Of a stretch of 64,000 nucleotides of DNA, positions 25,736 through 38,630 are shown in pieces. Numbering within the stretch: position 1 is the stretch's first letter; each line of letters opens with the position of its first letter. This DNA is from Camelus ferus (taxonomy: Eukaryota): the NCBI RefSeq assembly GCF_009834535.1, contig NC_045698.1, positions 7,132,001 to 7,196,000 on the forward strand. Direction: 5' to 3'. Both the position numbers and the translations under genes were made by a program. The notes under the pieces were generated by a model. The model saw nothing but the letters and a program-made list of their open reading frames with translations, was not told the origin of the DNA and did no database searches.

Positions 25736-26228
25736 TGTGATTCTTGGCGTCTGTATCGACCTGGCTGGGCTAAGGGATGCCCAGAGAGCTGGTAACACAC
25801 GGTCTCTGATGCTCCCGTCAGGGTGTCTCCAGCAGAGACCAGCACTTGAATCAGCAGACCGAGCAGGGAAGATGCCCTCACCACTGCCAGCGGCCTTCAT
25901 CCAAGCCACTGAGGTCCTGAGTGAAACGAAAAGGTGGAGGAAAGGTGACCTCACCCTCTGCCTGAGCAGACACATCCACCTTCTCCTGCCCTGGGACGAA
26001 GGCACTCCTGACGCTTGGGCTTTCAGACTCAGGCTGGGACTTACACCACCGCCACCACCGCAATCTCAGGCCTTCAGACTGCGGCTGAATTACACCATCA
26101 GCTTTCCTGGGTTTCCAGTTTGTAGAGACACTGGGGGATTTCTCAGCCTCTGTAACCATGTGAGCCAATTTCTATAATAAATTTCCTCTTCTATATCTCT
26201 GTCTCTATCTACGTATACATCCCATTGG
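25736..26228 (+). mobile_element. MLT2 (ERVL) LTR, 3'-truncated
   Basis: gacctggctgggctaagggatgcccagagagctggtaa...ctcagcctctgtaaccatgtgagccaatttctataataaa. Confidence 0.88.
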
Positions 26229-26374
26229 TCAAAGCAAGTCATGTGGCCAAGCCCAGCCTCAGAGTGGGAGGAGTCTAAAAAGTTAGGGGGCGGGGCCATT
26301 CACTGAGCCCGTTCATGTGATCAACCTACCCCACTACCCTGCTTTCTAGGGTTGTTGCAAGAATTGAATGAAAT

Positions 26375-26450
26375 AGGAGAGGGTGTAGGGCAGCTTAGCA
26401 TGCACGAAGTCCTGGGTTCAATCCCCACTACCTCAAATTAAAAAAAAAAA
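26375..26450 (+). mobile_element. vic-1-type SINE with an internal deletion (A-box lost)
   Basis: gcttagcatgcacgaagtcctgggttcaatcccc plus polyA; TSD aagaaYtgaatgaa at 26359-26372 and 26451-26464. Confidence 0.9.
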
Positions 26451-27371
26451 AAGAACTGAATGAAGCAATACAATGACAAGATTGAAAAAGTAGATACTCA
26501 AGAAGAACTGAGGAATCTGTAATGGGTATTTAAGCTGCAACACCCAAGGACACAGCCAGCCTGCTCTGCCCTCTTCTCTCCACTTCCTTTGTTCCGCTGA
26601 ACAGTGCCTCTAAACTACTTTAATACTCAGCAGTACCTTTTACTATAGAGAAGTTTCACTCTTTTTGTAATTTTTGTGCTCTCAGCTGCAATGCTTCAGA
26701 TTTAAGTAAACTTAGATCTGGACCAACATTGGTAGAACCATATATGGATCTAAGCCAGGAGTTTTTAAACCTTTGCTCCATAGGACCCTAGAGGTGGGAG
26801 GGAAGGAGGGTGGAAGGAAGCGGATGCAGCCGTTGAGGCATCTTTGCTTCAACAACCACAAGTTTATTTTGTTTTCTTTCCTGGACTTCAGCAAGTGATT
26901 TAATATGAACCAGGTTCAAAACCCACTCACCTAAGTGCTATGTTTGGTACCAGGCTGACAGGAGAAACAGGATCCACCTGGAAATTCTTCCAATGTTAAT
27001 AGACAGGTACCATATATCACAAGATACAAAGAGCCCCGAGGAGACAGGCTCACAGAATCTTGGAGGATAAACAATCGTGAGTTTGGAGCAAAGGTCCTTG
27101 TTGCGAGCTTGGTTCTCCCATTTCTCTCAATAACAGCTCTGCTGCTTTAATTATGGGCTGTGGATCGTTACAGCACGGAAGAGCGCAAAAACGTTACAGA
27201 GGCGCCTGCAGAGAGATGCGGGTGGCAACCCTATATAAAACCTCACCAGTCTGCTCCCTGCACCTGGGCCTCCGATAGTTCATCACCTATCCTTAAGATG
27301 CAGGACATTACTGGGCGTCAATAAAGTATTCTCTCCCAAGTTTCTACAAGTGCTCCTCACCACACTATTTC

Positions 27372-27552
27372 AGGCAGGAACACATACCTAGTTGGTGGGA
27401 CTCAGTACAAAACAAAAATGCAAGTTTCCTTGTTCAAAAACTCTTAAGAATTCCAAGACAACGACAGTGGAGCATTAAACGAAGCACATGGCCTTTCTAG
27501 GTGCAGTACCCTGAACCACCGCCCAGATCGGGTGCCCCTACAGCCAGACCTG
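27372..27552 (-). mobile_element. MER45A-like hAT-Tip100 element
   Basis: cagtacaaaacaaaaatgc..ccttgttcaaaaa..ttaagaattccaagacaacgacagtggagcattaaac. Confidence 0.8.
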
Positions 27553-28134
27553 ATTTCGTCATCGTCTGCTTAGTGCTTAGAGGCTGTGCTTAGAGACTTA
27601 GTTCCCTCCCTTTCATATAAACACGGCCAACCCCATAACTTTGGTTTTCTTATCAAATAATTGCACAAAAATAGCAAGTGAATGTGAAGGACAAACATTA
27701 TTTTAAAAACCACCTTTTCTCCTCCCATGTTCCAGAAAAAAAAGTCAAATCTCTGCCTCCTATGCCCTGCAGAGAATGTAAAGGGCACAGAGGAACAGAC
27801 AGCAGCCCGGGCTTTAGTTCAAACCTTATCTCCCATGAAAGCCCTTGTCTCCTTTTGAAAGAACACCGGGCATCTGTGAGAAGCCAGGACAGGAAATTTG
27901 GGAGGCAGGGGATGTCTTCCCCAAAGCAGTTCCTAAAAATCTATGTAGGCATCCACCTGCTCAGACCAGAATGTACGTCAACAATTCAGAATTACTTTCT
28001 TGTACATCCCAATGTCTAGGTATGTTTTTAATTACAATGGAACAATTTACATATGTACAGGAATCTTTGCCCTTTGCTCATAACCAACAGCAGATAAAAC
28101 CTTTTGCTGACCCTGAGTCACAGAGGGAACTTCA

Positions 28135-28310
28135 GAGCAGTGAAGAGCTCAGTCCTGGAGTCAGAAAAACTCTTCTCAAGCCAGGCATCACCACTTTCAA
28201 TCCCTGTGACTTTGAGTGAGTTGGCTGATTTATTTAAACCTCAGTTTCCTAATCTATAGAATGGGGATGATCACAGGTGAGGATTAAATGAGATGACATG
28301 TGCAAATGTT
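28135..28310 (+). mobile_element. MIR SINE
   Basis: ctgtgactttgagtgagtt..cctcagtttcctaatctatagaatggggatgat..gaggattaaatgagat. Confidence 0.85.
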
Positions 28311-28954
28311 AAGTCTCATCACTGAACCACGGATCCCACAAGGATGCCTGGTCTGATGTGAAGTTCTCAGGGTTGGAGCTGGAGCAGAATGGAACCCCAG
28401 GCCGCCTGAGGATGCTCTGTTTGGACCCCAGGGATACTCCTGTGTATTCTGGTTTGAAACAGACAAGTAAGCAGCTCCTCTGCCTCAGCCGCTCACTCAG
28501 CGCTGAGGAAGGAGCCCTGAGTTGGCTCAGCCTGGGGCTGGGACAGCCGCCTCCTCTCGGGCTCCCCGCTGGGTCATCCGCCCTCCCCAGTCCTCTGTGG
28601 GGCCAGGCTTCCCAAAACACTGTGACTGCCATTCTTGCTCACAGCCTGGTTCCTCACCACCTGGGCCTGATCCTGAGGGGTTTCCACAGTCTGGCTGCCT
28701 CCAGGTGGACCGACCCTATCCCTCCCTCTTCTCCGTCCTACGCTCGTCTTACTCCCAGCTGTGAAGGTGCCACGCTCACTTGTCTCCAGCTTTGCCCCAG
28801 CCTGGAAAGCCCTTCCCAGTCCTCTGCCTGCCCAACCTGGCCTGAGGCTACTCGAGCCTACAGGCGGAGTGCCTGCAATTTGTAACTTCTAGGAAGAATA
28901 CAGTTTAATCTAGAACTCTCTGCTTTCCTTGAACTCAGGTGGAAAATACCAAGT

Positions 28955-30480
28955 TGAATACCTACCACACTCATCCTATCAAAATAAATCACAAATGGGT
29001 CATTTACATTTTTAAAAATCCACAAATATTGTTGAAGAAAAGATGGGCGAATTTCCTCATGTTCTCAAAGTAGGGAAAGACTCTGATCTATGACACAAAA
29101 TCCAAAGCTATAAATGGAAGATTTTTTAAATCTGAGTAAGAAACATTAAAATGTTATGCATGGCCAACGAAAGGCCAGCGCTGGTAGACGTTTGCGGCAC
29201 TATGACAAAGGGCGCTATAGATCAATAGGAAAAAGTGCAGCAACGTAATATAAAAACGGGCAAAGGACATGAACAGACTAGTCACAGGGAGAAAAATAAA
29301 AACGGCTGTTAAAACTATGAAAAATAATCGCATCATTTAAAAATACAAATCAGAAACTACAATAGAATATTATTTTCCATGTTTGGTTTACAAAGCTAAA
29401 CTTTTTTATAATCCATTGTCTTGGCAAGAGTGTAAGGAAAGAGGCATTCTTATAAATACTCTCTTACACTCTTGGCTGGAGGTGTAAATTGGTATAGCCT
29501 CTCTGAGCAGCAATTAGGCAGCAGCGATTACAATTTGAAGTTCACATACCCATCAACCCAGCCCTTCCCTACACACTGCTTGCACTGCATTGTCTTCATC
29601 ACCACCCACTCCCTTCTAAAGTCTCTGAATTGTAAAAGAAAAGGGAGGGGGTACATTCGCAGAACCCCCTCCCAGGTTGGTTCTGAGCTCGTCCTCCAAT
29701 GAGAAGCCCCTGCAGATGAGAGACAGGAGAGACGCCACCATTGCCTCCCACAACAGGGGAGCCAAGCATGGAGGATGAGTTTGACGCTTGCTCCCAGCAA
29801 GCTCTTGAGAGCTGCCACATTGCACTGCTCCGTGAGATCTTGGTGAGAGCTTCCTGGGAACCACAGCTGTTTTGCAGTGAGTTTGCAAGGACCACCCACT
29901 CAGGGGTTTCAACCTGAGACTGGTATTTGCATCTTCCTAACCTTCGCTGACCTGGATCTGCCTCATTCCCTTCATTAAAATCTTTACCCCTAGAACTACG
30001 TGGACCGGCTTCTGCTGTCCTGACCAACCCCCATCCGACACATTTATCTTTGCGAATTTATCCTACAGGTAAATTCACACATGTATGAAATCATGTATAT
30101 ACAAAAAAAAAAGTCATTATTTCTAATAGCAAAAGATTGTAAACAACCTGAAAGTATATCAACGGTGGATAATTAAAAATATCATGATACATCTATATGA
30201 TCGAGTGCCATTTCCTGTAAAAAACAAAAAAATTTAAAAAGCACAGTGCTTCATGGATCCTTTTGGACTGATCTTCAATATAAAAAAAATTCAAATTAGT
30301 TTACAGTGTATGCTACCATTTGTGTAATAGATACAAAGTAGATTGCCAGGTGTATACATAAGAAACCAGTGACCAAGGGTACCTTTGAGGAAACATTGAA
30401 GAATCAGGAGTGGGAGGGAGAGCTACATTACCCCAACTACCTTTTTACTCTAGAATGTTCTATCATGTGCATGTATTTCA
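28955..30480 (+). mobile_element. Old L1ME 3' region, interrupted by an LTR at about 29572-30040
   Basis: tatgacacaaaatccaaagctataaa..gggcaaaggacatgaacagac..ggtgtaaattggtatagcc; resumes atttatcctacag..taatagcaaaagattgtaaacaacct. Confidence 0.75.
29572..30040 (+). mobile_element. LTR33/LTR16-like ERVL LTR
   Basis: Ends attaaaatctttacccctagaactacgtggaccggcttctgctgtcctgaccaacccccatccgaca. Confidence 0.6.
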
Positions 30481-31833
30481 AAAAAGGAACTATTAATTAG
30501 TTAATCAGGTGACATAATCATCATGAAATGCTAGTGAGGCATCAACAAACAGGACAGTGTGCCTTCTTCCCTTCTCTGTTTTTTGGTTTTACCCTGAAAT
30601 TTAAAACAAACTGGGGACTTGACTTTCCTGTTATTCTGGAATAATGTCCATTTGCCTTTTAGGAGATTAATTTTCTGCATCCATTCACACTTTCTAACGC
30701 TTTCTCCTTATCCCCCAAAAATGAGGTAGAAACTAAACCAAGGGACTTAAATGCTCCCTTGTCTTATTCTAATATAGGATTAGTAATTAAATTTCAAATC
30801 TATGTACTTTATCTGACTGAGCTGAAGTGCCTACTGTCTTTTGGTTGAGGAATTTAAGAGACTGGTTTGATTGTTCTCATATCTTACCTCTCATCAAAGA
30901 AGAATAAACAAAACGAGGTACCTTGACTACCTAGGAATAAAATCCACATTCTTTAAGTTTTTTCACCATTCTCATCTTTGTCTAGAAATCAAAAGTCTGA
31001 ATGGATGCCCTCCCATTGAATGGTGATTATCTGAATTCCAATAGCACTATGGAAACTGGAGTTCAAATCATGAGCCCTAAAAAAATTCCAGCCTTCAATC
31101 ACTTATTTACAACCCCAGACCTGTGATAAACATCTTCTGTGATTCATCAGACAAATATAGTTGATATTTTAACTCTTCCATGAAACCTTTTCTAACTATT
31201 TCAGTAAAAAGCTTTCTTCTTTCTTTTAGACTCCTGTAACATTATGTATAATTTAAGTAATTATTTAGTTTAAAAGTTAGCCATTCACCCGTAGATTCAA
31301 ATATAGTTGGGTGCTCATTTTTTAAAATATTCTTATTGCTATTATTAATTTCTAAACAAAGTAACAAGATATTTCCTGGTTCTTTCTGCTATTTCCACAT
31401 AAAAGAGCAATGGTTATGTTCTACTCTGCTTTATATAGATTATCTCCTGTCTTCCCAGTTACATGTGTTACTAATTCCACTTCTCTTTTTTTTTTCACTT
31501 AAGCAGTTTTGAACCGGGTTTCTCTCTCTTCCAAAGACAAGATTCCCAACAGCTCTAATCCTGTCTGACCTCCTCTGCTGAGACAATAATATAATATATG
31601 CAGCCTCACACACCTCTCCTTTGAGTCATTCTACAAATTCAGATCCTAATCAAATATCCCCTCCCAACACGAATCAGTCCTTCTTTAACTCACTTCAGCA
31701 TTCCTTCCCTCCTACTCACTCTGCCTTCAGGCCCTCGAGTTCTGCCTCAGGTGGGCCCCCCTGCATATCCAAGTGAAATTGCAAGAGACAGTGATCACTT
31801 CCGGGAAGCTTAGGGAAAAGACGTATTACAAGG

Positions 31834-32303
31834 TGTTATGGGTTGAATTATGTCCCCCACCAAAAAAAGATGTGTCCAAGTCTTCACCGTAGTACCCGTA
31901 AATGTGACCTTGTTTGAAAATGGGGTTTTGGCAGATGTGGTCAAGTTAAGACGAGGTCATTAGGGTGGCCCTTGTCCAAAATGACTGATGTCCTTATGAA
32001 ACAGGGAGAAGAGACAGAGACTGACACACACAGAGACAACGTGAGAGCATGCATGCAACAACAGAGGCAGAGACGGGGTGATGCAGCCCCACAGCAGGCA
32101 TGCCAGGAACTGCCAACCATCACCAGAAGCAAGCAGAGGGGTCTGGACGGATTCCCTCCCTCAGAGCCCTCAAAAGGAACCAATCGTGCCAACACCTTGA
32201 CCTTGGTCTTCTGGCCTCCAGAACTTTGAGAGAATAAATTTCCACAGTTTTCAGCCCCCTAGTTTGTGGTACTTTGTTACAGCAGCCACGAGGAACTAAT
32301 ACA
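31834..32303 (+). mobile_element. Complete MLT1C-like solo LTR
   Basis: TG...CA ends, 470 bp, perfect 5-bp TSD caagg at 31829-31833 and 32304-32308. Confidence 0.95.
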
Positions 32304-32539
32304 CAAGGATGCTGGATTGTCTTGTGCTAGTCAAGGACAGGACCACGTGAAGCCAGGCCCTCGAGCCCTGTGGGTCTTTGTCTGCAGCCTGTCCCCTCCA
32401 CACTCTGCTTTACTCTTCCCTCTCTCACCACAGACTTTCCAGAGGGGCAAGACCACCCTGTCAGCAACTCCAAGCTTTGTCTCTTACAACTTCTGCCACT
32501 AGAGAGACTCTGGGTCCTTAGTCAAAAAGCCCAGGGAAG

Positions 32540-33171
32540 GGCATATATCCAGAAGGAACCCTACTTCAAAAAGATACCTGCACCCCAATGTTCATAGTGG
32601 CACTATTTACAATAGCCAAGATATGGAAACAGTCTAAATGTCCATCAACAGATGACTGGATAAAGAAGTTGTGGTATATTTATACAATGGAATAGTATTC
32701 AGCCATAAAAAATGACAACATAATGCCATTTGCAGCAACATGGATGTCCCTGGAGAATGTCATTCTAAGTGAAGTAAGCCAGAAAGAGAAAGAAAAATAC
32801 CATATGAGATTGCTCATATGTGGAATCTAAAAAAAAAAAAAAGAAGAAGAAGAAGAACATAAATACAAAACAGAAACAGACTCATAGACTTAGAATACAA
32901 ACTTGTGGTTGCCAAGGTTGGGGGTAGGAAGGGATAGACTGGGAGTTCAAAATTTGTAGATACTGACAGGCATATGCAGAATAGATAAACAAGATTACAC
33001 AGTATAGCACAGGGAAATATATACAAGACCCTGTGGTAGCTCACAGTGAAAAAAAAATGTGACAATGAATATACATATTTTCATGTACAACTGAAAAATT
33101 GTGCTCTACACTGGAATTTGACACAACATTGTAAAATGACTATAACTCAATAAAAAAATGTTTAAAAAAAA
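32540..33171 (+). mobile_element. Relatively young camelid L1, 5'-truncated
   Basis: caccccaatgttcatag..gccatttgcagcaacatggatg..tcaataaaaaaatgtttaaaa; TSD aaaaagcccagRgaag at about 32524-32539 and 33172-33187. Confidence 0.95.
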
Positions 33172-33383
33172 AAAAAGCCCAGAGAAGAGCCCGGTTTGGG
33201 TCAAGACCCACCTTGGGCAATCAGTTGTGGCAGGGAAAGCAGGGCCACACTGCACAAAATGACTTCCTAAGCAAATGTGGCAGAAGACAGTTTCTGAAGA
33301 AAGGGACACTGCTTTGATTTAACACTGAAACTCCACCTTCTCTCTCATATGCAGTCTTTCCCTAGAGTTTCCTCTTCATGATT

Positions 33384-33404
33384 TCTCTCTCTCTCTGTCT
33401 CTCT

Positions 33405-33448
<44 letters not shown>
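33384..33448. repeat. Compound (CT)n(CA)n microsatellite
   Basis: Seen directly. Confidence 0.97.
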
Positions 33449-33449
<1 letters not shown>

Positions 33450-34164
33450 CCTTGATATATTCTGCTTTCTGAGACCTTGTTAAAGAACAAAGATGCAACT
33501 ATACAACAGACAAGCATGCATTCTATTCCATCGAATGTTTTAAGCATCTTAACTCCCTATTATAACAGTGTACCAGACCACATTCTTAGAATTTTATCAA
33601 TGAGTTACTGAAACTGCACATGGTAAAACTTCCTTGCCAGTCTCATTATTCACGAAGGTACACAACACGTGTTCCTCAGGTCGCCATACCTTGATCTTAC
33701 AAACGTGCAGTCTGTGGGTGGCCACTCCTTGCTCCTGATGTGTGGCTCACGTTGAAACTAGCATGACCTGAAGATGCACTGATGACTCTGCCTCGGTGCT
33801 CTCAACTGTTCATGCCCATCTGTTGCAGCACAAAGTGAACAGAACTGACATTGTGGGTCTGAGGCCAAGGATGGCTCTGGTGGATGATTACGTATAACCC
33901 TCACCTTACTAGAGGCAGCGGAGTGGAGGAGAGTGAATGGTTTTGAGACTCCATTACCACTACTGACAAATTAACTTAAAACAAGGTCTTCCCACAATGA
34001 TTCAATAGCATTGGCTTTGAGTACAAAGGACAGCTCAGTGATTGATCCACATCTTCCGATACATGCTCTACTTCATCTCATGAAGGACAAACTCCAGTAC
34101 ACTGAATTAATCATATTCACAATCAAACTTTCTATGAGAATTTTGGAAATTTTCCATACCCTTA

Positions 34165-34495
34165 TTATTGGTTAGATCAATCGAGATAGACCAGGTTGTG
34201 TCACGATAATAAACGGTCCCAAAAATCTCAATGGCTGTAAATGTTATCTCTCACCCTGCTTGTGACTATTGTAGATTGGCTGGGACGCTGCTCCATGTCA
34301 CCTGCACTCAGGGACACAGGTTGACAGACACTCTACCATCTGGAATGTCACATGCTGTGGCAGAGGGAAGGCGAGATGGCAAATCCTGCATGAGCTCCTA
34401 ACGGACAAAACACCTGTCACTTCTGCTCATGTTTCATTGGCCAAAGGAGCCACGTGACCATGTGATCTTTGGGAGGCCATGGAAATACAATCTAT
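34165..34495 (-). mobile_element. MLT1J-like LTR
   Basis: cactcagggacacaggttgacaga..ccatctggaatgtc..gtcacttctgctcatgtttcattggccaaa. Confidence 0.75.
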
Positions 34496-34669
34496 CTTAA
34501 CAGCTCTAAAGACTCCTAACCATAAGGCTGCAGTCCGCCTCTCTAGTGGCCAGTCAGCTCAGTTTTCTTCCTTTAAACAAAAGTCACTTATTCCCTCCCC
34601 AAGAAATGCAACTTAAAAACCCCAGTCAGTCACTGCTCCAGTATGCATGTTAGCCTCTTCATCCAGAGG

Positions 34670-34945
34670 TGTGTTAGTCTCCTCAGGCTGGTGTAACAAA
34701 ATACCACAGATGGAGAGGCTTAAACAGCCGAAGTTGCTTTCACACAGTTCTGAAGGCTGGGAGGCCAAGATCAAGGGGTCAGCAGAGACAGTTTCCCTGG
34801 AGACCCATCCTGTTGGATTAGCACCTCACCTTTATAATCCTGTTTAGCCTTAACCTCCTCTCTAAAGGTCCAGCCTCCAGGTGTAGCCTCCTGGGGGATT
34901 AAGGCTCCAACATTTGATTTCAGTGGACACAATTCAGTCCATGCA
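34670..34945 (-). mobile_element. MLT1A/B-like LTR with an internal deletion
   Basis: tgtgttagtctcctcaggctggtgtaacaaaataccacaga..gacacaattcagtccat. Confidence 0.85.
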
Positions 34946-35031
34946 GGCGGTGGTACTCAGTGACTAAACTGGTCCTGAATGTGGCTTTTCTTGTTATAGA
35001 GGCTTATGAAAAAACAAGACAAGTTATATTG

Positions 35032-35127
35032 TTACTTCACTTAGTATGATCATCTCTAGGTCCATCCATGTTGCTGCAAATGGCATTATTTCATTCTTTT
35101 TTATGGGTGAGTAATATTCCGTTGTGT

Positions 35128-35164
<37 letters not shown>

Positions 35165-35566
35165 CCGCATCTTCTTTATCCAATCATCCGTTGATGAACA
35201 TTTAGGTTGCTTTCTTGTCTTGGCTATTGTAAATAGTGCTGCTATGAACATTACATGTGTGTATCTTTTCAAATTAGTTTTCATCTCTTCCAGAAATATG
35301 CCCAGGAGTGGGATTGGTGGATCATATGGTAAGTCTATTTTTAGTTTTTTAAGGAAACTCCATACTGTTTTCCGTAGTGGCTGCACCAATTTACATTCCC
35401 ACCAACAGTGTAGGAGGGTTCCCTTTTCTCCACACCTTCCTCAGCATTTACTGTTGGTGGACTTTTTAATGATGGTCATTCTGACTGGTGTGAGGTGATA
35501 CCTCATCGTAGTTTTGATTTGCATTTCTCTGATAATTAGTGATGTTGAGCATATTTTCATGAGCTA
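35032..35566 (-). mobile_element. L1 ORF2 C-terminal fragment (artiodactyl type) containing (TG)n at 35130-35161
   Basis: ORF 35024-35389 [54 protein letters not shown]; it ends abruptly with no 3' UTR or tail. Confidence 0.95.
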
Positions 35567-37164
35567 AACAGGTTTCTTCACTGCAGAACTTCTCAGGAGC
35601 ACCTCATGGAACTAGGCTACACTGAAATACATTTTGGGGGAGAAATGGCTTTCATTTCTAAAAATACAACCCAGTAAGTGAATTATTTCTGTGTTGTGTT
35701 TAAGTTTTTGTTTCTCAAGTGAATTAACTCTATTAGTCTTGGTTATTTTTGAGGATATGAGCTATGGAATCCAAAAAGTTACCTGTAATTAGGTAAGAGT
35801 ATCTCTGCCATGGAACCAGCTCCAGTGTGCTGGAATTTCCTATTCTGTGTTTCCATGACTTAAGGAAGCTTCTGCCAGCTAGAATGGAAAGAAGATGTTT
35901 TCTTACAGGTAATTCTCCTATCACAGATTCTCTCTGCTCTCTACTGCTGACCATCAATCAGGCAAAAAGATAGGGTGGGTCCTCTTCTAGGCTCAGGTCA
36001 CTCTTTCAGGAGTTCCCTTCTCATAAAGATTATCTTGTCATTCATATTACTGCAATTTCACTCATTTAACAGTAGAAGAAAGTACTCCTACATCCCATAA
36101 CCTCCATGGGTCTGACTCAAACTCACATGTGCAGCTTCACTGATTCCAACCTATTGCACATGTCTTAGCCAGCTGTTACTGGAGGGTTCTTTGCTTTTGA
36201 CCACAGTATAACTTCCATGCCCTGGTTTTCTATTTGGAGGACAAGAGGCTGTGTACCTGTTTATACTGTTACCACTGTGTTTACAACTTTAGAAATGCAA
36301 GACTGACTTATCTCCTGATACTAAACTGCATCATGCATGAATTAATGTTTGATATGCTCTCAAGAATGAGTTTCCTCTCTTGCTGTTCTCTTGCATTGTT
36401 TACTTCAAGAAGAACATTGGGAGCCTGCCCAAGAAGGGTGATGCTCCGTGGTTATGTCTTCTCTGGGAGTTGCAAACAAGACTCCATCAGCCTGCCAAGC
36501 ATATGCACGGGTGTTCCAATGTGAAACAGAAGCTTCACTGATCAGTGAACAGAACAAACCACAGCTGCTGGTTTAGCTCTAGCTCGAATCACAAGTTGTA
36601 ACTTATGCCATCTCCAGGGGCTGGTTAGAGCTCTGATTCATGCATGAACTACCCAGTCCATATGGAGTGGGCAACTCAGCTCAGGCTGAAACTTTCTGTT
36701 AGAATTTTATAGAGTTCAGGAAAACAGTGCTGCTGATACAGACCCAATGCCATTTTCTGATCATTACTTGAATAGTGTCATTTAAAGTCACACACTTTTA
36801 ATCTCTGACTTGCTCACACGTAAAGTTTGTGGAGAGCTGCCAAAAGTTATCCTCCCAACCATACTGCCGTCTCCATCTTTTTAAATGAAGGCATTGTCTC
36901 TGGAAGTCCCTACTCCAGTGTTATTACACCCTCAGCAGTAACTCATTAAACCCAAACCCATGCTTCTTAAACTTCCACACTAAGGTACCCCAACAGAAGA
37001 TAATGGAGGTGTTTGGAAGGGAAGGCAGGAGGCATTTCTTAAGAGGTGTCAAATTCCTCTGAAGCAGTTCCTGTTTTGTCTTTTAAATGTAAATTAATTT
37101 TGTGGTCTATCCCATACATATTCATGATTATTTTAATATAATAGTTAATACTGATTAAAGTACT

Positions 37165-37759
37165 TGTATCAGTCAGAGTACGGTCAGAAAACAGAAACCA
37201 CACCCATTATTTTAACTGAGAATTTAACATAAAACATTGATAACCAAGCATTGGTGACCTAAAAAATGCAAATAGGGGGCACTGAGGTTCACAGAGGTTG
37301 TAATGCAGAAAGCAACTAACACCCCAGGGCTGAGGAACAAAGGAAGAGGCTGGGATCATTAAACCCAGAAGCAGAGAGGAAGAGTCTCCAAGGGGATCCG
37401 GGTCACTGCCACAGAGACATGAACAGCAGTGGGGGTGTTTCTAAGGGACCAAAGAGACGGGTTCTGTGTGTGCGGGAAAACCCGCAAACCGAGAGCTACC
37501 GTTGCCACTGGAACACCTGATGCTGCAAGCTAAGGAACTGTCACCAGGCAGTCAGTCCCTGCGTGGTCCCTAACAGGAAGCAAACAGGAAGAAGGAGGTC
37601 CCTTCTTCCTCCTCCAGCCCACAGATACCCTCTAGCGCCCCCTTTTTGGCAGAACCTTAAAAGGAGCCGCTGCAAAGCAGCACCGAGTCTCAGCCCAACA
37701 CTGCCACCCTGAACATGGAAAGGTGGGGGGAGCTGAGACACAATAGCTTAATCAACACA
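37165..37759 (-). mobile_element. LTR41/LTR50-like ERVL solo LTR
   Basis: tgtatcagtcagagtacggtcagaaaacagaaacc...ca; TSD gtact/gtaca at 37160-37164 and 37760-37764; degraded CTCF-like tagcgccccctttttggcag at 37633-37652. Confidence 0.75.
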
Positions 37760-38160
37760 GTACAATTTTTTTTTCCAAAATCAGCTCTAGCTGAATTGAT
37801 GCTCAAGAAGATGTACCATACTGATTCATCCAATGGCTCTATACAATTCTGAAAAACATTTTAGAGACTTGACAACTTGCCACCATTGGCTATTAACCAG
37901 CCTGGTGTGAATTAACTAATCAGGCATCGAGCAAGGTCCAAGGACCCGCGTTCCCATGCCAGCCCAGCCGCCTCCTACATGACCTGGGGCACATTACTTT
38001 CTCAGTCACTGCTTTTCCAACCTGAGGGAGTTCGATTAAATTTTCTCAAAGTCCATTCCAATTTTATAATTACTGGAGATTATCCTGGGAAACCTCATAA
38101 GCACGGTTTTTGTGAGAGGGGAGTCAAAAACAGTGAGATTCATAAGACTTTGTTGGGTGC

Positions 38161-38630
38161 TGTGGACAAAGAATGTCACCTGCCATTTCAGTAAACAAAG
38201 AATGTCTGTCAGCCATCAAACCAGCAGCCCCTGCTGCCATCCCAGTGGTGAGCCCTGGGGGAACTCAGGATGGAGAAAAAAAAAAAGGACCCTGGCCCTA
38301 GACAGCTAAGATGCATAGCAAAGGAGTGATTTCAGTGAGCCCAGACTCTTGTATCATCCCATATATAGTAAAGCACTAAAATCATTAACTTGAGATGTCT
38401 GGGTTTTCTGTGATTAGTAGTAATATTTTGATGTTCAACTATGTGGTTTTTTTGTTTTTTGTTTTTTGCTTTTCAGCAAAATCTCCTACAAATTCTGGCT
38501 CTCCCCTCACCTCTTTGGAGCAGTTCCACAGTGATCTGAGAGCCTGTCTCCCGGGCTATCATTCTCAGTAAGGTCCCTGAATAAAACATAACTCTCAACT
38601 TCTAGGTTGTGCATTTCTCTTCCGTCGACA
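38161..38630 (+). mobile_element. Cetartiodactyl ERV1 solo LTR (MER41/LTR39-like; family name tentative)
   Basis: tgtggac...gtcgaca ends, 470 bp, aataaa near 38580, cctgccatttcagtaaacaaag..cagtgagcccagactcttg. Confidence 0.85.

Noticed and set aside
36575..36640. Imperfect inverted repeat gaatca...tgattc (possible hairpin or miRNA)
   Set aside because: Pairing is short and interrupted, and I recognise no known mature miRNA.
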